Shown: positions 57,001 to 64,000 of the stretch, piece by piece
Numbering within the stretch: position 1 is the first letter of the stretch
Layout of the letters: each line of letters starts with the position of its first letter
Assembly: GCF_009914755.1 (NCBI RefSeq)
Contig: NC_060933.1
Direction: 5' to 3' (one strand)
Length of the DNA stretch: 64,000 nt
Origin: the human T2T-CHM13v2.0 reference genome, Homo sapiens
Translations under genes and position numbers: made by a program
The notes under the pieces: generated by a model
Database searches by the model: none
What the model was told of the DNA's origin: nothing
Seen by the model: only the letters and a program-made list of their open reading frames with translations

Positions 57001-57621
57001 AATTAAGAGAAAATCTTCATGAAGGCCTTCAGCACTTTAGCTGCCTGAGAAGCAAGTACTCAATAAAAGCTAGCTCTGCAATAACAAGGCTATAAGCATC
57101 TCTATGTACGTCTCCTGGGAACAAAACCACAGAAAGACATCGTGGCCACTAACTGGGGAGCCCACCATGCTGACCGTGAGTCTGGCATTGTTCCACCTTG
57201 AAGGCTTTTCCACTGAGCATGACGGAGATGTGCTGTTGTCATGGTGCCACGACATTAACCTCATCCCACACAAGCTGTGGGGCAGTGACTCATAGCGACA
57301 GGTGGCCAGGCGGTTTACACAAGGAGGGTGAGGTCTCTCAGATCTTGGAGAATTGAGCATTAGACAGGTACAAGCACAGTTTAAGTATAAAATCCATCCA
57401 GGAATCAGGTCCTTACATTTCTTTGGAATTTTCTACAACTGGGTTATGAAACTAACCATATTATGATATAAGGCATTTCCAGAATGCAGTGATGGTAATA
57501 ATTGCTATCACTTATTGGACACTGACTACATGTCTTCTCCAGAGCTCCACACCAAGCTTTCATCTTTGTTTAGGTGTCCCCCAAAGCAGATGCTACAACA
57601 AGGACTCAAGAGCAGGTGGTT

Positions 57622-58028
<407 letters not shown>

Positions 58029-58443
58029 TCAGGAACAGGTCACTGCTGGGGCAACTGGGCTCAGTGCCCGGGGGACCTTCCAAGTCGTGACCTGGACTTT
58101 GCCCTAAATCATCCTACCATAAGATGGGATTCTGGGGTTATCTACTCCCTCTTGTCACTCCTTGGCTGAGGATGCCTTTGGTGAGTTACACAACTGGTAC
58201 TTCTGGGTCACCTGCACACGTGCACAAGCTCCCGAGGCACCCAGGAAAAACCTCGGGCAATGATGCAGAGCAGGCTTTGGGTACCAGCCTGGGGGACTAG
58301 GAGTCATGGCCTGGTTTGCAGGGAATCGGTAGAGGGTTTTGGTTATCCTCAGGTTCCTCCCACTTGGATCAAACCCTGCTGCAATGTGGATGGGAAAGAC
58401 TAAGACACCACCCACCCCCAGGGGAAGTGGGAAGCTCAAAGAC

Positions 58444-58518
58444 CTCGGCATTTGTGTTGCTCTGTGGTTCTCGGCATGTGGTCCTGATGCCAAGAACCAC
58501 AGAGCAACACAGACTGAG
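58444..58518. other. Near-perfect palindrome/hairpin (25-bp core stem, 9-nt loop)
   Basis: 58453-58477 is the reverse complement of 58487-58511 with one mismatch. Confidence 0.9.
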
Positions 58519-58890
58519 CTGCCTGCGCCGTCCTCTGATAAATAACTTCCCCTAACATGCTGGACTGGACGTTCAGCCCCTACTGGGGATGGCTTGGACA
58601 GAACTGTCTGGCTTACTATGTTCTCTCTTCTAGAGTCAGGGTCATCCATGGGAAGGATGGAAGAATCTCAGGCAAGTGACTGGGACACTTCTGTGAGCAG
58701 GGCCATCACTTAGCAGGGTCTCTAAGGGGAGCCTAGAGAAGTAGTGATGGGAAGGGCTGCCCAGGGAGCTCTGCCCTCTCACTGCAGTGGGGAAGGAAGG
58801 CCTGGGCCAATTCTGGAAAAGGGAAGCCTGTGACACTGGTGGGTAAGGGGTCAGTAGTGTCACAGTGGGGAGTGGGGCCCCATGTCTCTG

Positions 58891-59510
58891 ATGCCACTGG
58901 TGGGGAAGGTGGACCTGGTGTCACTGGAGGGGAAGGTGAGCCTGCTGTCACTGGTGGGGAAGTTGAGCCTGGTGTCTCCAGTGGGGAAGGTAAGCCTAGA
59001 GTCACCAGTGGGGAAGTTGAACCTGGAGTAAGGTGAACCTGGTGTCCCAGGTGAGGAAGGTAAACCTGGATGTGGAAGGTGAGCCTGGAGTCACCAGTGG
59101 GGAAGGTGGACCTGGTGTCTCCAGTGGGGGAGGTAGACCTGGTGTCTCCAGTGGGGGAGGTGGACCTGGTGTCTCCAGTGGGGAAGGTGGACCTGGATGG
59201 GGAAGGTGAGCCTGGAGTCACCAGTGGGGGAGGTGGACCTGGTGTCTCCAGTGGGGGAGGTAGACCTGGTGTCTCCAGTAGGGGAGGTAGACCTGGTGTC
59301 TCCAGTTGGGGAGGTGGCCTGGTGTCTCCAGTGGGGAAGGTGGACCTGGATGGGGAAGGTGAGCCTGGAGTCACTGGTGGGGAAGGTGGACCTGGTGTCA
59401 CCGGTCAGGAAGATGAGCCTGGTTTCTCTGGTGGGGAAGATGAACCTGGTGCCTCTGGTGCGGAATGTGAACCTGGAGTCACCAGTGGGGGAGGTGAAAG
59501 TGGAGTCACT
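58891..59510. repeat. G-rich minisatellite, 27-bp unit AGGTGGACCTGGTGTCTCCAGTGGGGG
   Basis: More than 20 degenerate tandem units; the 27-bp unit explains the 9-aa periodic ORFs. Confidence 0.93.
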
Positions 59511-60269
59511 GGGTTTTCTCCTCGCCTTGGTGATAAGGGTCCGCGGATAACAGAGCACCTTGTTTTACAGCTTTACAATGTTCTAGTCAGATTACACAGA
59601 AAGGGCACTAATCATTTCTCTTCCTAACTCACCCTTCAATTCTGGAAAACAGTAGACAATTTTTAATACTGTTGTCTCTCTGCTATCCACATTTGCGTGA
59701 AAAAAAAACTGCATATTAGTGGACCCTCAAAGTTCAAACCCATGTTGTTAAAGGGTCAGCTGTAATTCCATTAGTAATATTAGCTGCACCTGGAGATAAA
59801 CACCCGGGGACCCTCGAGTTCACCGGTGGGGGAGATTTTCCCAAACTCTTACCTTCAAGCAAATGTGGAGCAGAGCAGACCTCTGAGGGAAAGTCCTGGG
59901 TGGGGTTTGCTCCATGTTCCTTCCACTCTCAGGGTGTGGAGCCCCCACAATCTCCCAAACCTAGAGAGAGTAAACTGAAGCTTACTGTCCACCAAGACTG
60001 AAGGATGTTCCACCTTGTAAGTAACTGACAGTCGGATGACTCTGTAGTTGTCATGGCAGGTGCTGAAGGGCCAGTGCTAAACTCCGCTCAGTGCCTAGCA
60101 TCTACTAGAACTCCCTCATGTTGTCCTCCTTTCCTAACAATTGTTACAAAGCATTCAGCTATAAAGTCAGTGCCTGAGGAGGAGAAAGCCACTTGCTTTC
60201 CCTTGTTTAAGACCCTCTTGCCCGTGGCTACTTCTGCTGGGGTGTTGCCTGGTTCTTTGGCATGAATTA

Positions 60270-60455
60270 CCCCAGTATTGCTCAGGGTAGTGGGCCCACA
60301 TCACAGCATCTGAGAACTCGCTAGAAATGCACATTTTAGAATCCTTCCCTAGAGCTTCTGAAGCAGCAACCATAGGGGTGGCCCAGGAGTCTGTGCTTTC
60401 ACATGTTTCCCGATTATTTGTATGAATGCTGAGGTTGGACACACATAGACTTTAG
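60270..60455. mobile_element. MER5A-like hAT fragment
   Basis: cagcatc..gaact.gctagaaatgca.att..ggggtggcccaggagtctgtg.ttt motifs. Confidence 0.55.
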
Positions 60456-60660
60456 CACAGGTGCGGCCTGCCCATTCAGGTATCCCTTTCTCTGGGATCT
60501 TGCCAGAATTCATCTCTTTCTAACCCCAGGACAAGCCAATTACAGGATCCATCAGAGACCAAATCATATGGAGGCAATAGCCTTACTACGTGTTTAAATA
60601 ATAGTTTCTAAAAGTTTTTCTGCATCGTTGAAATATAGTGCTGGGACAGATTAAGCAGAG

Positions 60661-61027
60661 TGCTATGGGCTGAACTGTGTTCCCCCGAAAGTTCAAACAT
60701 TGAAGTCCTAACTCCCAGAACCTCAAAATGTGACTGTATTTGGAGACAGGGCCTTTAAAGAGTGGGGTACATTAAAATGAAGTCCGTAGGATGGCCTGGT
60801 GTCCTTATAAGAAGAGGAGATTAGGACACACACACAGAGGAAAGGCAATATAAGGAGACATGGAGACAAGACACCATCTGTAAACCAAGGAGAGAGGCCT
60901 GAGGAGAACCAGCCCTGCCAACCTCTTGATCTCAGACTTCCAGCCTCCGGAACTGTAGGAAATCATTCCTGTTGTTTAAGCCCCTGGCGTGTGGTACTTT
61001 GTTATGGCAGCAGAGCCGACTACAACA
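60661..61027 (+). mobile_element. MaLR LTR (MLT1A/B-type)
   Basis: tgctatgggctgaactgtgttcccc..gtccttataagaagagga..cttgatctcagacttccagcctcc..tggtactttgttatggcagc. Confidence 0.85.
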
Positions 61028-62459
61028 CAGTAATTCAATTAACTTCAAGTATTCCACTGAGAGGTAGCTTTTGAGTTAAATAATATTTAAGGAAAAGAGG
61101 GAGCATGACATTGACCATTTAATAAGATGAAGACACCTGCCTGTTGTAACCAGACTCTGTAGACCCCAAACTTGCAGCACAGAACCACTTATTATTACCC
61201 AACTCACGAGCGATGTGAATCACTCCATGGCAGCCTTCACATCACTGCACCCATGTCTGACAATGAGTTCAACTGTATAATTAAGTAAATTAAGATGGCC
61301 AAGGCCACTGGATCAGATAACTTATCTTTAGATCCATGAGTATATTTGGCAGGAACATCAAGGCTTCATACAGATGGCTTCAGAATGTTTAATCTGAATT
61401 TTTATTGGCAGCCGTATCTAGCACAACCAATTCACTGTGAAAACCAAAGTGCCAATTAGATCTTGTTTGTCCCCCGTTGCAGCTTTATGAGGCTGTTGAA
61501 ATGAGAGTAGCCAGGGCCCAAGGGTAGGGTGGCGGACAGAGTGTGGCTGACTTCTATTTAAGCTTAGTTGGCCACCCAGGAATTGCATTTCATTGAAATG
61601 GACCCATTCTGGCATTGTAGACTGGGGGGATATAATGTTATTCCCCATCTCACCCACACAAGCTAAACCAAGGTGTCTAAAAACATCCTCTGATGTGGAG
61701 GAGATACTAATGACATTGCTCTAAAGAAACTTACCTAATGCCCACCTGAGACAAAGAGGTTTTGAATCACTATTTACCCTGACCTACAAACTAATTTGTA
61801 GAACACGTTAAGACCAACAGCATCTGTGGCTCCCAGCTTCTACAGCATAAAGCTGATTGAAAATAATTTAAACCAAATTGTATAACTGACATCTAATCTG
61901 TAGGCATATCTGAAAGTTGGCAAAAATCAGAGCTAGCCCGTATTGAACCTGCAGCCACGCACGTGCCCACGTGTGCCTATGTGTGGATCTGAGCGATGTT
62001 CTCTCCAGTGCCTATCATTCCAGAGGTGTCAGGCAAAGCCAAGAAAAGAATCCACCCGTTCAATCTCCACATAGACAAGGTGCAAAGGTTACTAAACGGT
62101 CTATAGTAATCAAAGTACTCATTTCAAAGACTTGTGCTCAAGTCTGTGCTGCACAGCAAACAGTAGTTGGCTAAGAGGAGCAAGTGAAGAACACTTATCA
62201 GGCACCAGCTTGTGTCAGCAATTGACCCAAATCTCACATCACACCACAAGGCAGGAGTCAGAGCCCATTTCACAGACGAGGACCCTGAGAGGCTAAATGC
62301 CTCTCCCAAGTGGGAAGAGCTAGCACTGGACACAGGTGGTCTGACTCAAATCCAGCCCTGTGGGTGACCTGGGGATAAATCACACCACAGACAAGTCATT
62401 TGAGTGCCCTTCCAGCCAGTAGTGACAATGTTATTTGCCTTTTAGGCAAATCAGAGTAT

Positions 62460-62920
62460 GCTGTGGTCACTTTGCCTCTTGGTATTTGCTCCTGCACTGA
62501 ATTGAGGCTGGCCTACTGTGATAAATTGCATGTGGCAGGATCATGTTGTGTGACCTCCAAGGCTGGGTCATAAAAGGTCTTGCAGCCCCCACCTTGGTCT
62601 CTTGGATCACTTACTCTGGGGAGGCTAGCCGCCATGTCATAAGGACATTCAAGTAGCTCTGTGGAGAGGTTCACAAGGAGAGGAGAGGGGCCCTCATGCA
62701 GCAGCCAGCATCAATGTGCCAGCCACGTGAGCAAGTCACATTGGAAGTGGATCCTCAGCCCCAGATGAGTCTTCAGATGAGCCACATCCCCAACTGACAT
62801 CCAACTGCAATTGCATGAGCCAGATCCTGAGACAGAAGCACCCAGCCAAGCTGATCCCAAATTCCTAACCTGTAGACACTGTTTACGGGTGACTTTTTGC
62901 ATGGCAATAGATCATCAATG
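62460..62920 (+). mobile_element. MaLR LTR (MLT1F-type)
   Basis: ggtcataaaagg..gccgccatgtc..ttggaagtggatcctc..cacccagccaagctg..aaattcct motifs. Confidence 0.75.
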
Positions 62921-63669
62921 CCCATATAAATCTCTTCACCCTATTTCCATGTATTAAAGAGAGTGATGCTAGTAGGACGTGGCACCATCTCTGGCAGTAA
63001 AAAATAAGTAAGTAACACTACCTGCTCCACCAGTCGATGACAGAGTAGCAGGACCCCAAGGAGCTCAGCAGCTCCCAACTTTTGGTGTTACCATCCTCCA
63101 GGTGTTAAAGAGCCCATGGTTAGGACCCACAAAAGCCCTGTGTATTCTGATAGCCTTATGTATACATCACGAAAAGAGGTACCATCCTCAATTCCTCTCT
63201 TCCTCTTATATCCCAAAATATACCTCAACAGAACCTGCTACAGCCACCTTCAAACCTATCCCAAATTGACCTGCTTTTCTCCATCTTAAAACCACACCCA
63301 TGGACAACCCATGGGTTGTCTCTCCCATGGACAACTGCAGCAGCCTCCTAAAAGGCACCCAGGCTTCCTCTCTGGCTCCATACAGCAGCCAGAAGGGCCT
63401 AACATAAATTCCATCCTAGCACTCCTCCCTCAGGCGCTCCTGTGGGCTCCTGTTACCTGGAGAGTAAAATCCACTGCTTTCCCTGGCCTTCAGAGTGCAC
63501 CCCAGCTGGACCTGCCACCAGACCTTTCCCCTGGCAGTCCTTCTTTCTGGAGCATTCTTCCCGTGGATTTTATCTGGCTTCTTTCCTTCATTTCTCCTCA
63601 CCTCATGGTCACCTGACCACCTTTCCTAAAGAAGCTACCTGATGACTCCTTTGCGTCTCCCTGTACTGA

Positions 63670-64000
63670 TTGTCTCAGTCGGCTCAGGCTGCCACAACAA
63701 AACCCTGGAGGCCGGAAGTCCAAGACCAAGGTTCTGGCAGGGTTGGTTCTGGTGAGGGCTCTCTTCCTGGCTTGCAGATGGCTGCCTTCTTACTGTGTAC
63801 TCACACAGGGGAAAGGGAGAAAGGGGGCGAGTGCTGGTGTCTCTTCCTCTTTCTATAAGGGCACCAGTCCTGTGGGATCAGGTCCCACCCTTACAACCTC
63901 ATTCCACCATTGTCACCTCCTCACAAGTCCTGTCTCCAAATGCAGTCACACTGGGGATTATGGCTTTGACATATGAGTGAGGGGGGTAGCAAACATTCTG
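63670..64000 (-). mobile_element. MaLR LTR (MLT1A-type), runs to the window end
   Basis: ctcaggctgcc..ggttctggtgagggctctcttcctggcttgcagatggctgccttct..tctccaaat.cagtcaca.tgggg. Confidence 0.85.

Noticed and set aside
58733-59627. Pro/Gly-rich repetitive ORFs of 117-222 aa resembling mucin or collagen
   Set aside because: They are a consequence of the 27-bp minisatellite, open in several frames on both strands, with no gene context.

Overview
Primate, almost certainly human, genomic DNA. It holds the 3' part of SYK (spleen tyrosine kinase) on the + strand, followed by about 43 kb of repeat-rich intergenic DNA. Four SYK coding exons (90-279, 9590-9730, 10356-10468, 17371-17443) join in frame through GT-AG introns and encode the kinase C-lobe ([22 protein letters not shown]-terminal YYYDVVN*). 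A ~2.95 kb 3'UTR follows, with proximal and distal AATAAA signals. About 2.9 kb past the distal signal lies a sense-oriented, internally deleted betaretroviral provirus (LTR13/HERVK13-type, HML-4, 23282-28166). It keeps its 5' LTR, PBS, disabled gag-dUTPase-pro, the start of RT, and a ~34-bp 3' LTR stub with a 6-bp TSD. The rest is L1, Alu (including a young AluYa5), MaLR, ERV1, ERVL and hAT elements plus large simple repeats. I see no new protein-coding system; almost all other ORFs are repeat artefacts. The signals most worth a second look are structural. They are a 200-bp composite templated insertion flanked by a 10-bp direct repeat (33747-33966), a displaced ~205-bp duplication ending in a fold-back (51831-52048), a stuttered Alu breakpoint (31688-31768), and a non-repeat pri-miRNA-like hairpin (58444-58518). 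Repeat family names come from recalled consensus features, not a database search; many repeat boundaries are approximate and identities were counted by eye.
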